A DNA stretch of 64,000 bases from Deltaproteobacteria bacterium (lineage in GTDB: Bacteria > Myxococcota_A > UBA9160 > UBA6930): NCBI GenBank assembly GCA_029261815.1, contig JAJDAQ010000069.1, forward strand, positions 12,340 through 76,339, read 5' to 3'. Both the position numbers and the translations under genes were made by a program. Under the pieces are notes generated by a model. That model was not told the origin of the DNA and did no database searches. It was given only the letters and a program-made list of their open reading frames with translations. Below are positions 37,594-47,368 of the stretch, piece after piece. Every line of letters begins with the position of its first letter. Within the stretch, counting starts at the first letter, position 1.

Positions 37594-37745
37594 AAATCCT
37601 CTTCCAGCTCCATGTCGTCGTCCTTGCCCTTGATCGTCAGCGGCGCCCGGCAATAGGCGCAGAAGACCTCTTCGCCCGGTGCTTCTTCGCCCGACAGCGG
37701 CACATCGGCGTTGCAGATCGGGCACGCGAGGTCTTGCTTGGCCAT
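37590..37745 (-). CDS. 51-aa LysW-like zinc-ribbon protein with acidic C-terminus (below the ORF-track size cutoff)
   Basis: MAKQDLACPICNADVPLSGEEAPGEEVFCAYCRAPLTIKGKDDDMELEEDF. CPxC...CxxC with the PGE-x-V spacing seen in LysW carrier proteins. Strong GC3 bias. Bounded upstream by an in-frame stop at 37752..37754. Confidence 0.55.
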   Translation of the reverse strand: MAKQDLACPICNADVPLSGEEAPGEEVFCAYCRAPLTIKGKDDDMELEEDF

Positions 37746-37785
37746 CCCCTCTTATCGCCGCCGCAGCCCGTGGGCTTGAGCCAGC

Positions 37786-38835
37786 TCAGAGGCCGTAGGC
37801 TTCCTTCATCTCCTCATCGCGTTCGGCGATGAGGTTCGCGAGCCCGATCATCACGCGGCACTGCTTGACCGTGGCGTCGTCCTGCATCTTGCCGTCGATC
37901 ATCACCGTGCCGGAGCCGTCGCCCATTTCTTCAACGACGCGCATGGCCCACTTCACTTCCTCGACCGGCGGGCTGAAGACGTTACGCGCGATCGAGATCT
38001 GGCCCGGATGCAGCGACCAGGCGCCGACACAGCCCAACAGGAATGCGTTGCGAAACTGGTCTTCACACGCGATCGGGTCGCCAATGTCACCGAAGGGGCC
38101 GTAGAAGGGGAGGATCCCGGCGCTGACGCAAGCGTCGACCATGCGCGCGAGCGTGTAGTGCCAGAGGTCTTGCTGCGCGGTCACGCGCGGTGCGTTCTCG
38201 TCGTCCGGGTTCGGGTCCTCGCGCACGAGGTAGCCGGGATGGCCACCACCCACGCGGGTCGTCTTCATGCGACGCGAGGCGGCCAGGTCAGCGGGACCGA
38301 GCGAGAGGCCCTGCATGCGCGGCGAGGCCTGCGCGATCTCTTCGACGTTGGCGACGCCAAGTGCGGTCTCGAGAATCGCGTGGATCAGGATCGGCTTCTT
38401 CAGCTGATGCTTGGCTTCCAGCTGGGCGAGCAGCTGGTCGACGTAATGGATGTCCCAGGGCCCTTCGACCTTGGGGACCATGATCACGTCGAGCTTGTCG
38501 CCCGCCGCACCGAGGATCGTGATCACGTCGTCCAGGAACCACGGGCTATCGAGGCTGTTCACGCGGGTCCAGAGCTGCGTCTGTCCGAAGTCGTTCTCGC
38601 TCGCGATCCGGCAGAAGCCCTCGCGCGCGGCTTCCTTGTTCTTGACCTCGATGGCGTCTTCGAGGTTGCCAAGCAGGATGTCGACCTTCTTCGCGATATC
38701 CGGGACCTTGACGGCCATCCGCTCGTTCGAGGGATCGAAGAAGTGGATCATGCGCGACGGGCGCATCGGGATGTCGTTCCACGGTTCGGGGGCGCCGATG
38801 GCCAGCGGCTTGGCAAAGTTGCGGGGGTTACGCAT
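37786..38835 (-). CDS. HpcH/HpaI aldolase / citrate-lyase-beta family protein (malyl-CoA lyase-like)
   Basis: Start ATG 38835 (AGGAG 7 nt upstream). The about 349-aa length and motifs [11 protein letters not shown] and HAILETALG resemble Mcl/CitE-type enzymes. Confidence 0.75.
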   Translation of the reverse strand: MRNPRNFAKPLAIGAPEPWNDIPMRPSRMIHFFDPSNERMAVKVPDIAKKVDILLGNLEDAIEVKNKEAAREGFCRIASENDFGQTQLWTRVNSLDSPWFLDDVITILGAAGDKLDVIMVPKVEGPWDIHYVDQLLAQLEAKHQLKKPILIHAILETALGVANVEEIAQASPRMQGLSLGPADLAASRRMKTTRVGGGHPGYLVREDPNPDDENAPRVTAQQDLWHYTLARMVDACVSAGILPFYGPFGDIGDPIACEDQFRNAFLLGCVGAWSLHPGQISIARNVFSPPVEEVKWAMRVVEEMGDGSGTVMIDGKMQDDATVKQCRVMIGLANLIAERDEEMKEAYGL

Positions 38836-38946
38836 GGGGGGCTCCTGCAAGGCCCGGCTCTGCTTGAGTCCGGGGTCGGAAATCGGGCGAGGAACATAAC
38901 GGATCCGGCGCGCCCGGTGGCTGACTCTGCGTCGAGACGTTGGCTC

Positions 38947-41900
38947 CTAGGCGTTCTCGGCGCGGCTCTTCAGCTGCGGAGCCGGCTCGCGCCCCAGCAC
39001 CTTCCGCACCCAGTCGACCGCGTCGTCCAGGACCAGATAGAAGACCGGCACGACCAGTAGGGTCAGGAGCGTCGAGGAGATCATTCCGGCACCCGCGGCA
39101 ACCGCCATCGGAGCTCGGGTTTCCGATCCGGGCCCGATGCCGAGTGCGGCAGGCGCGACCCCAAAGATCATCGAGAGTGCCGTCATCAGAACGGGCCGCA
39201 TCCGAATGGGTGCCGCCGTCGTCATGGCCGTGACCTTGTCCATGCCTTCCTGGCGAAGCTGATTGGCATAGTCGACCAACAGGATCGAGTTCTTCGTCAC
39301 CAGCCCGAACAGCAGGATGATGCCGATCATGCTGAAGATATTGAGCGTCATGTCCAGCAGGTAGAGTCCGCCGAACGCGCCGACCATCGCCAGCGGAAGC
39401 GCGAGCATGACGGTCAGGGGATGAATGAAACTCTCGAACTGTGCGGCCAGGATCATGTAGATGAGGAGGATCGCGAGGCCCTGCAGGAACAGGAGCTGAT
39501 CGAAACTCTCGAGCATCTCTTCCATGCCGCCTGCGGGAACCACGATCACGCCGTCAGGAACGATGCTAGGCGCGAGGGCCATCACTTCTTCGAGCGCGGC
39601 CCCGGGGTCCCGATCGACCAGATTCGCTCCGACGCGAACCGTACGCTGTCGATCGACGCGTGTAATGGTCGACGGAGCGGCCACCTTCTCGATCGTGACG
39701 AGATTCCGCAGCTCGACGACCTCACCGGTGTTCGTACGGGCGTAGAGGTCGAGAATCTCCGACGGGTCGTCGCGATGCTCCAGGTCGAGGCGCATCCGGA
39801 TGTCATAACGCTCGCCACCTTCCTTGAAGGTCGCGACATCGAGCCCGCCGATCATGGCGCGGATCGTGGCCGACAGTTGATCGGCGTCCACGCCGAGAGC
39901 CGCCGCCTTCTCACGATCGGGGACCACGCGGAGCTCTGGCTTCCCCAGCTTGAGACTCTTCTCCAGATCGACGAATCCGCCGGCATTCTCGAGGGCGAGC
40001 ATCAACTCATCTGCGGCGTCGCCCAGCTCGTCGAGTTCGACGTTCCCACGGAGTTCGACCTCGAACTCGGACGAATCCGATCGAGAACGGAAGCCGGACA
40101 TGTCGCTGATCGAGACGCGCTGGCCCGGAATCTCCTGCATGTGCTCGCGGGCCGCCTGGATGATCTCGGCCGACGAACGCTCCCGTTCGGTCTTCGGCGT
40201 CAGCATCACCATCAGCATGCCGCGGTTGGCCGTCGTGCCCCCGCTCGACGAGCCCGCATACCCGGCCGCGCCGTACAGTGCGACCACCTCGGGCTGCGCC
40301 AACACCCATTCTTCATTCTGCTTGAGGATCTCCAGGGTGCCTTCGGGACTGGTCCCCGGCGCCGTCTCCATCTTCACGTAGAACTGTCCCTGGTCGCCGG
40401 ACGGAAAGAACTCGGTCCCGAGCTGTGTCGCCAGGAACAGCCCCGCGACGAACGCGACAGACGCGACCGCGAGCGTCACCACCCGGTGCGTGATCGCCCA
40501 TTCCAGGACGCTCCGGTAGCTCGATTCGAGCGCCTCCAGCCACCGATCGAAAACGCGGTAGATGGAATCGTCGCTGCGCACTTCGGGCGGCGGAATCCGC
40601 GCCGCGAGCATGGGCGTCAGCGTGAGCGCCACGACGAGAGACACCATCACTGCGGCGGCGACCGTTGCGCCGAACTCTCCCAGGAAGCTGCTCACGAGGC
40701 CTTCGGCGAACACCACCGGCAGGAAGACGGCCACGATCGCGAGAGTGGCCGACGTCGCTGCGAACGCGATCTCGCGCGCACCTTTGGAAGCGGCCTCGCG
40801 TGGCGACTCACCTCTTTCGCGGTGCCGTTCGATGTTCTCGAGCACGACGATCGCGTCGTCGATCACCACGCCGACCGCGAGCGTCAGCCCCAGAATCGTC
40901 ATGGTATTGAGTGTGAAATCGAGCACCCACATCACGCCGAACGTGGTCACGATCGAGAGGGGAATAGCGAGTGCCACGACCAGTGTCGGACGGAACCGCC
41001 GCAAGAAGAAGAACACCGTCAGCGTCGCGAGGAAGGCACCGAACCAGAGACTGAAGTAGGCCTCCTCCACCGCTTCCCGGATGGAGATGGTGAAGTCCAT
41101 GATGCCCTCGCGGCCCTTGAACTTCATATCATCGGGCATGAGCGGCGTGATCTTGTCGAGGCGGTCCTTCACCTCTCCCGTGACGGCAACCGCGTTGCCA
41201 TCGGTCGACTTCGTCACGCCGATGCCGACCCCGGGCCTTCCGTCGAACCGGCTGTAGTACCGCTGGTCTTCGGCACCGTCCTCGACGCGCGCCACGTCGC
41301 GCAATCGCACGGGCGCGCCGTCGATGAATGCGATGACCATCCCGCCGAGTTCTTCGATCGATTGGTACTCGGCGTCGGTCCGAACCGTGTATTCGATCAT
41401 GCCGCCTTCCACGAGGCCGCCCGGACGTTCCATATGCTGGCGTCGTAACGCTGAAATAACGTCGGTCGCGGCCAGCCCGCGTGCCTGCAGCGCTTCGCCG
41501 TCGAGCCAGATCCGGATCGCGCGCTCGAGTTGGCCGAAGATCTCGATGCCGGCCACACCGCGTACGGTCTCGACCTTGGGCTTGACGAACTCGTCGACGA
41601 ACTCGGTCGCTTCGACCGCCGTTCGCTCGGTAAAGAGCGGGACGAACATCAACGGCATCCCGCTCATATCCATCTTGGACACGATGGGTGGGTCAAGATC
41701 GTCGGGGAGTTCCATGCGCGCGCGATTGACGCGGTCTCGCACATCCTCGGCCGCGCGGTCGACATCGGTGCCGAGTACGAACTCGATGCCGATCGAAGTC
41801 CGCCCGAGCTGGGAGCGGGACTCCAGGCTCTTCACGCCCTCGATCGTATTCAGGTACTCCTCGAGGACGTTTGTGACGTCCTCCTCCATGACCTCGGGCG

Positions 41901-42063
41901 TCGCCCCTTCGAGCTCGGCCGAAACCATGACAGCCGGGAATTCCATGTTCGGGTAGGCATCGATGCCGAGCCGGACCAGACCCAGAACGCCGAATACAAC
42001 CAGGGACAGGGTGACCATCCAGGTCAATACCGGGCGTTGGATGAAGACGTCGATCCAACCCAT
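38947..42063 (-). CDS. RND efflux transporter permease (AcrB/HAE family)
   Basis: 1038 aa. The N-terminus FIQRPVLTWMVTLSLVVFGVLG and 12-TM architecture with two large periplasmic loops are typical of the family. Confidence 0.95.
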   Translation of the reverse strand: MGWIDVFIQRPVLTWMVTLSLVVFGVLGLVRLGIDAYPNMEFPAVMVSAELEGATPEVMEEDVTNVLEEYLNTIEGVKSLESRSQLGRTSIGIEFVLGTDVDRAAEDVRDRVNRARMELPDDLDPPIVSKMDMSGMPLMFVPLFTERTAVEATEFVDEFVKPKVETVRGVAGIEIFGQLERAIRIWLDGEALQARGLAATDVISALRRQHMERPGGLVEGGMIEYTVRTDAEYQSIEELGGMVIAFIDGAPVRLRDVARVEDGAEDQRYYSRFDGRPGVGIGVTKSTDGNAVAVTGEVKDRLDKITPLMPDDMKFKGREGIMDFTISIREAVEEAYFSLWFGAFLATLTVFFFLRRFRPTLVVALAIPLSIVTTFGVMWVLDFTLNTMTILGLTLAVGVVIDDAIVVLENIERHRERGESPREAASKGAREIAFAATSATLAIVAVFLPVVFAEGLVSSFLGEFGATVAAAVMVSLVVALTLTPMLAARIPPPEVRSDDSIYRVFDRWLEALESSYRSVLEWAITHRVVTLAVASVAFVAGLFLATQLGTEFFPSGDQGQFYVKMETAPGTSPEGTLEILKQNEEWVLAQPEVVALYGAAGYAGSSSGGTTANRGMLMVMLTPKTERERSSAEIIQAAREHMQEIPGQRVSISDMSGFRSRSDSSEFEVELRGNVELDELGDAADELMLALENAGGFVDLEKSLKLGKPELRVVPDREKAAALGVDADQLSATIRAMIGGLDVATFKEGGERYDIRMRLDLEHRDDPSEILDLYARTNTGEVVELRNLVTIEKVAAPSTITRVDRQRTVRVGANLVDRDPGAALEEVMALAPSIVPDGVIVVPAGGMEEMLESFDQLLFLQGLAILLIYMILAAQFESFIHPLTVMLALPLAMVGAFGGLYLLDMTLNIFSMIGIILLFGLVTKNSILLVDYANQLRQEGMDKVTAMTTAAPIRMRPVLMTALSMIFGVAPAALGIGPGSETRAPMAVAAGAGMISSTLLTLLVVPVFYLVLDDAVDWVRKVLGREPAPQLKSRAENA

Positions 42064-43250
42064 CAGAGCGGCTCCCCGTTCGAGTCGGCTTCGCCAGCCA
42101 GGTTGACCGACCCGTCCGGCCGTTCACCGTCGGGCCGTTCACCGTCCGCGGAGCGACGCGACACGAGGATGCCATCCTGGAGACCGGCATGGCCGCGAAC
42201 CACGATCTCGTCCGACGGCGAGATCCCGCTGAGGATTTCGATGCGATCTCCAGTCTGGACGCCCGTCTTCACGTAGACCTTGCGCACACGATTCTCCGGA
42301 TCCACGACCCAGACGATCTGCCCCTGGGCCCGCAGCAGGACACTTTCTTCCGGTACCCAGAGCAGGGACTCGCGCCGGGCGATCCCGAGGTCGGTCCGCG
42401 CGAACAGACCCGGACGCAGCCGACCGTCCGCGTTGTCGATCCTGGCCTTCACCCGCAGCGTGCGCGTTCGCGCGTCAAGGACTGGTGCGACGACCGACAC
42501 TTTGCCCACGAACACCTCGCCAGGATACGGCGCAACACCCACACGGACCTGCTGTCCGATCGCGACGCGTGCCGAATCGCGCTCGGCCAGGTTGAATTCG
42601 AGTTCGATCGGGTCGAGCGACACGATCTCGAAGAGCACCTGCCCCGGCTGCACGTACTCACCGCGGGAGACTTCGCGACGCGCCACGAAACCAGCGAATG
42701 GCGCGCGGACCGAAGCGTCGCGCAATGCCCGCTCTGAAACGCCGAGCTGCGCCTTCGAAGCCGCGTGCCGCGAGCGCGTCCTGGCGAGTTCCGTCTCCTT
42801 CGCGTCGAGGTTGGACTCCGACGCGATGCCCTGCGAATGAAGCCGGCGAACGCGCTCCGCGTCGCGACCGGCCTCAGCCAGTGCCGCCGCCGACTCCTGG
42901 TACATCGCACGCGCGTTCTGCACCTCCAGCTTGCGCTTCTCGGGATCGATCGCCAGGAGCAGTGCGCCGGCTTCGACCGCGTCGCCTTCGTCGGCCGCGA
43001 TCGCGGTAACGGCTCCCGCGATCTCGGAAGCGATCTCGGCACGATCCTTCGCTCGCAGCTCTCCGCTGGCTTCGATGCGCTCTTCAAAGTCTTCGGTCAG
43101 CACGGAAGCGACAAGGACGCGCGGCGCTTCGACTTCGCTCTCTACCTCGGGCCCGCCGCAGCCAAGCACAACGGCACTGACCAGGAGACCCAGCGCCATT
43201 CGCGCCGGCATCCCGAGGGCCCGTCGATTGTCTCGGTGGATCAGTTTCAT
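42063..43250 (-). CDS. RND efflux periplasmic adaptor (MFP) lipoprotein
   Basis: Lipobox AVVLGC. Coiled-coil hairpin plus beta-barrel pattern. The stop overlaps the RND start by 1 nt. The C-terminal tandem GERPDGERPDG is encoded by a 15-bp direct repeat. Confidence 0.9.
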   Translation of the reverse strand: MKLIHRDNRRALGMPARMALGLLVSAVVLGCGGPEVESEVEAPRVLVASVLTEDFEERIEASGELRAKDRAEIASEIAGAVTAIAADEGDAVEAGALLLAIDPEKRKLEVQNARAMYQESAAALAEAGRDAERVRRLHSQGIASESNLDAKETELARTRSRHAASKAQLGVSERALRDASVRAPFAGFVARREVSRGEYVQPGQVLFEIVSLDPIELEFNLAERDSARVAIGQQVRVGVAPYPGEVFVGKVSVVAPVLDARTRTLRVKARIDNADGRLRPGLFARTDLGIARRESLLWVPEESVLLRAQGQIVWVVDPENRVRKVYVKTGVQTGDRIEILSGISPSDEIVVRGHAGLQDGILVSRRSADGERPDGERPDGSVNLAGEADSNGEPL

Positions 43251-43867
43251 CTGCGGGGGGTTCCTTCGCTGTAGTCGATGACCAATCCGCGCAACAGCGC
43301 ATCGACGGCGTCATCGGCCAGGGTCTTGGACCAGTCGTGATCCGGGTTTTCAATGCGTGCCACGACGATGCCGGTGCACAACGCACCCAATGCCTGCGCC
43401 GCGGAATGCCAGTCGCCGGCGCGGATCCGCTCCGCTTCCCAGAGTTGGACCCACGGCTGCTCGAGAAGCGCCCGGGCCTCCTCCATCGAAGGCGGCACGG
43501 CGTGCTTGCGGGCCCTGAGTGCCGATGCCAGCTGCACGTGGCGCGGATTTCGAATTCCAAAGCGAATGAACGCCAGGGCGCGGGTCCTGAGGATTTCGAC
43601 CGGATCGCCTGAGCGACGGAGCCGCCTCAGCCGTTCTTCGAGCCGTTCGAACCGCTCGTCGACCAACGCGTCCAGCAGGCCGTCCTTGTCGCCAAAGTGC
43701 TGGTAGATCGTCGGTGCGGTGTAGCCGCATTCGGCAACGAGTTTGCGGATGGAGAACGCCTGCATGCCGACATCGAGCAGCAACTGCTCGGTGGCATCGA
43801 GGATCGTGCGGCGCGTCCGCGCACGTTGCGCGGTGCGCCGCTGTTCCAGATTGGGTGCGGCAGGCAT
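43247..43867 (-). CDS. TetR/AcrR family transcriptional regulator
   Basis: Start ATG 43867. HTH FSIRKLVAECGYTAPTIYQHFGDKDGLL. ATGA overlap with the MFP gene. Confidence 0.88.
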   Translation of the reverse strand: MPAAPNLEQRRTAQRARTRRTILDATEQLLLDVGMQAFSIRKLVAECGYTAPTIYQHFGDKDGLLDALVDERFERLEERLRRLRRSGDPVEILRTRALAFIRFGIRNPRHVQLASALRARKHAVPPSMEEARALLEQPWVQLWEAERIRAGDWHSAAQALGALCTGIVVARIENPDHDWSKTLADDAVDALLRGLVIDYSEGTPRR

Positions 43868-44072
43868 GGTCGGGAGGAAGCCGGGTGGGCGCGCCGGGCT
43901 CAAGGGTGGGGGGAGGCGTGAAAGATAGGTAACGCTGTTAAAGGATCCAGTCGAGGCGGTCCGATTTGCGCGTTCCCTGCGCACGGTGCCCCGCGCGCTA
44001 CCGCGTGACACTTGTTCAGGAGTACGGGTCACTCACTGCAAGCGCACCCGGGTTGCGTGAGCACCCTCCATC

Positions 44073-47000
44073 ATGATCCAGCGATCCCGCTCTGCCGCCG
44101 TTCTACTCGCCGCCACACTCCTGACGGGCCTGGCGGCCACGAGTGCATGGGCGGACGACTTCCAAAATTTCGAGAGCCCGCAGGTCCACCCGATGGACCT
44201 GGCGCCCGACACCCGGCAGCTGCTCGTCGTCAACACGGCCGACAATCGCCTCGAAGTCTTTCTCGCCACCGCCGAAGGCCTGTTCCGGAAGACCAGTGTC
44301 AGCGTCGGACTCGACCCCGTGACCGTCCGCGCACGCAGCAACCAGGAGGCGTGGGTCGTCAATCACGTCTCGGACAGCATCAGCGTGGTCGACCTCACCC
44401 GAGGAACGGTCGTCGCAACGATCGCGACGGATGACGAGCCCGCCGATGTCGTCTTCGCCGGAAGCCCCGAACGCGCCTATGTCACGTGCTCCCAGGCGAA
44501 CACGGTCCTCGTGTTCGACCCCGCGAACCTCAGTGCGCCGCCCACCCGTCTGCGCCTACAGGGAGAGGATCCTCGCGCCTTGGCGGTGAGTCCGGACGGA
44601 CTGACGGTCTACGCCGCAATCTTCGAATCTGGGAACGCGTCGACGCTTCTTGCGGGCGGCCGGGTAAACGGTGACCCCGGCAATGTCGTCGACGACCCCG
44701 CGGGCCCCTACGGCGGAGTCAATCCGCCTCCGAATGCCGGAAGCTTGTTCAATCCGCCTCTGCACCCGGCGACGGCGACGCCGAACCCGGTCGGGCTGAT
44801 CGTCAAGCAGGACGACCTCGGCGCGTGGCGGGACGACAATGGCGTGGACTGGAGCCAATACGTGTCCGGCGACCGCGCCCACCTCGGGAGCCGTGTCGCG
44901 GGCTGGGACCTCGCCGACCACGATGTCGCGGCCATCGACACGGGCACGCTCGGAGTCACGTACGAGACGCGGCTCATGAACATGGTGATGGCGATCGCGG
45001 TCAACCCGGCCACCGGACACGTCAATGCGGTGGGGACTGACGGAACGAACGAAGTGCGATTCGAACCGAACCTCCGGGGGCGATTCCTACGCGTCCGTTG
45101 GGCCGACTTCGCCAGCGGGGCGTCGCCCAACCTCGTCGATCTCAACCCGCATCTCGACTACAGCACCCCAACGACATCGGTGGCCTTGCGAGACGAATCC
45201 CTGGGTGACCCGCGTGGCGTCGCCTGGAACCAGGCCGGCGACCGCGCGTACATCACCGGGATGGGCTCCGACAATCTCATCCAGGTGGACGCCGCGGGCG
45301 CGCGAATCGGAACGCCTGTCGAAGTGGGGGCGGGCCCGACCGGTGTCGTCCTGGACGAAAGTCGCAGCCGGATCTACGTCTTGAACCGCTTCGAAGCGAC
45401 CGTATCGGTGATCGACGCATTGTCTTTCAGCGAGACGGTGCGCGCGCCGTTCTTCGATCCGACCCCTGAGGCGATCCGCCTGGGGCGACGACACTTCTAC
45501 GGAACCCACGAAACGAGTGGCCTCGGACACATCGCGTGTGCGTCCTGCCACGTCGACGGTCGGCACGACCGTCTCTCATGGGACCTTGGCGATCCCGCTG
45601 CACCGCCGCTCAACTTCAACGGCAACGTCTTCCCCGCCATGAAGGGGCCGATGCGAACGCAGATGCTCATCGACATCGTCGGAAGTCCGAGCCTCCACTT
45701 CCGCGGAGACAAGGCAGACCTGTTCGGCTTCTCGGGGGCCTTCGCGGCACTGCAAGGAATGAGTGCGCCGCTGCCGGCTGACGAGACGGCCGAGATGCAG
45801 GCCTTCCTCGCAGCGACACGCATGCCGCCGAACCCGTATCGGAACCTCGACAACTCGATGCGAAACCCGGTCCAGATCCCGGACTCGTCGGGCGACCGAT
45901 GGGGAAACCCGTTCGCCGCAGACAGCTGCACCGGCGGCGCATGCCACGATCTCGGAAACGGATTCGCTCGCGGAAGTCAGACCCTGCCACTCAGCAACCG
46001 CATGGCGGGCGCCCAGCCATCGACGGCACCGCCACTGCGCGGACTCTACGAAGTCTTCGGGCTCTACTACGACGACGCCAATGCCAGCACGGCCGGCTTC
46101 GCGCTCCACCACGATGGCTCGTTCGACCCCCGGACCGGCAGCACACAACGACGCAACCAGAACATGGCCTTCCTCCTCGCGTTCAATGGCGACCTGCCGG
46201 GCGACGCGCACGCGGCGGTCGGACGGCAGGTCACCGTTCATGGCGCTGCCGATGCGAATGAGATGTTGACGCTCAACGCCCTGCTCGCGATGGCCGACGT
46301 CGGTGACATCGACGTGACCGCCAAGGGCTGGATCGGCAATACGGCGCGCGGCTTCAGCTACCTGGGCAGCGTTTTTCAGAGCGACCATGCCTGTGATGCC
46401 TATTCGCTGGCCGACATGCTCCAGCTCGCGCAGTCCGAGGCATTCACCTTCACCGCGGTCCCTTTCGGGTCCGGAATCCGCATCGGAATCGACCGTGACC
46501 GCGACGGCTTTCTCGATGTGGCGGGACGGCTCGCACACATCGACGGGAGCCTGCCCACGATGCCGGGTGTGGCATACGCGCGAGAGGTCGCCCTCGACGA
46601 CCCTGGCCTGGAATTCCGTCAGGTCGCGGACGGCGCCCGCATGCCAGTCCTGACGGCATGGATCCACTCGTCCCACGGAACCACCTGGAACCCGTTGGCG
46701 TCCGAATTTCCTTCCGGCATTCCGGATGGAGAGAACATCGCCGTCCTCGACGGCGGCGGCTTTGCGCGCTTGCCACTCAGCGAGCGGCTGGCGGCGGACA
46801 CGACGTACACACTGACGATGGGCCTCGCGGCGTCTCCCTCGCTCCTGGGTACCGTGGAAGTGCTCGCCGGCGACGACGTCCTTGTTGCGAAGAGCGGCGG
46901 CCAGTTGCTCCAGAATCCCGGCGCGTTCGAGACGGTCTCCATCACGGTCACGCCGACCGACGTTGCCGCAGTCCCGGGAGCCGTCGGCCAACGCCTGGGC

Positions 47001-47366
47001 ATTCGAATCATTGGCGACGCTGCCGGCACTGTTTCGTTCGATGCCCTGCAGGTAACGGCCGCCCGCACTGGCGACGCGCTCGAGTCGCTCGCGACGTTCT
47101 GCGCGGCCGCGGCGGTCGCCCCGGGCTGCGACGACGGCCTCGACAACGACGGTGACGGCCGGATCGACTGGGATGGTGGCCCCGGCTCGGGGAGCCCGGA
47201 TGCAGACTGTGTCTCGGCCGCTGACGACACGGAGCAGCGGGCAGCCGCGTTCTGCGGACTGGGACCGGAGTTGGCACTCGTGCTTCCATTGCTGGGTGCT
47301 CTCCGACGGCGGTCACGCGCAAGCATCGCGTCCAACCTCCCAGAGCAAGCCACGCCCAACGCCTAA
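44073..47366 (+). CDS. large secreted protein: YVTN-type beta-propeller, di-haem cytochrome c peroxidase-like region, MopE-like Cys/Asp motif, PEP-CTERM-like tail
   Basis: Signal peptide AAVLLAATLLTGLAATSAWA. Repeated ...VNHVSDSISVVDL / AYVTCSQANTVLVFD / VYAAIFESGN. Haem motifs IACASCH (CxxCH) and SCTGGACH (CX4CH) with a downstream PPLRG...HHDGSF. CDDGLDNDGDGRIDWD. Terminal GPELALVLPLLGALRRRSR. Confidence 0.75.
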   Translation: MIQRSRSAAVLLAATLLTGLAATSAWADDFQNFESPQVHPMDLAPDTRQLLVVNTADNRLEVFLATAEGLFRKTSVSVGLDPVTVRARSNQEAWVVNHVSDSISVVDLTRGTVVATIATDDEPADVVFAGSPERAYVTCSQANTVLVFDPANLSAPPTRLRLQGEDPRALAVSPDGLTVYAAIFESGNASTLLAGGRVNGDPGNVVDDPAGPYGGVNPPPNAGSLFNPPLHPATATPNPVGLIVKQDDLGAWRDDNGVDWSQYVSGDRAHLGSRVAGWDLADHDVAAIDTGTLGVTYETRLMNMVMAIAVNPATGHVNAVGTDGTNEVRFEPNLRGRFLRVRWADFASGASPNLVDLNPHLDYSTPTTSVALRDESLGDPRGVAWNQAGDRAYITGMGSDNLIQVDAAGARIGTPVEVGAGPTGVVLDESRSRIYVLNRFEATVSVIDALSFSETVRAPFFDPTPEAIRLGRRHFYGTHETSGLGHIACASCHVDGRHDRLSWDLGDPAAPPLNFNGNVFPAMKGPMRTQMLIDIVGSPSLHFRGDKADLFGFSGAFAALQGMSAPLPADETAEMQAFLAATRMPPNPYRNLDNSMRNPVQIPDSSGDRWGNPFAADSCTGGACHDLGNGFARGSQTLPLSNRMAGAQPSTAPPLRGLYEVFGLYYDDANASTAGFALHHDGSFDPRTGSTQRRNQNMAFLLAFNGDLPGDAHAAVGRQVTVHGAADANEMLTLNALLAMADVGDIDVTAKGWIGNTARGFSYLGSVFQSDHACDAYSLADMLQLAQSEAFTFTAVPFGSGIRIGIDRDRDGFLDVAGRLAHIDGSLPTMPGVAYAREVALDDPGLEFRQVADGARMPVLTAWIHSSHGTTWNPLASEFPSGIPDGENIAVLDGGGFARLPLSERLAADTTYTLTMGLAASPSLLGTVEVLAGDDVLVAKSGGQLLQNPGAFETVSITVTPTDVAAVPGAVGQRLGIRIIGDAAGTVSFDALQVTAARTGDALESLATFCAAAAVAPGCDDGLDNDGDGRIDWDGGPGSGSPDADCVSAADDTEQRAAAFCGLGPELALVLPLLGALRRRSRASIASNLPEQATPNA

Positions 47367-47368
47367 CC

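Noticed and set aside
42103-42136. 15-bp direct repeat (ccgttcaccgtcggg x2) at the 3' end of the MFP gene as a regulatory repeat.
   Set aside because: It lies inside the coding frame and simply encodes a duplicated GERPD pentapeptide in the disordered C-terminal tail. No evidence of independent function.
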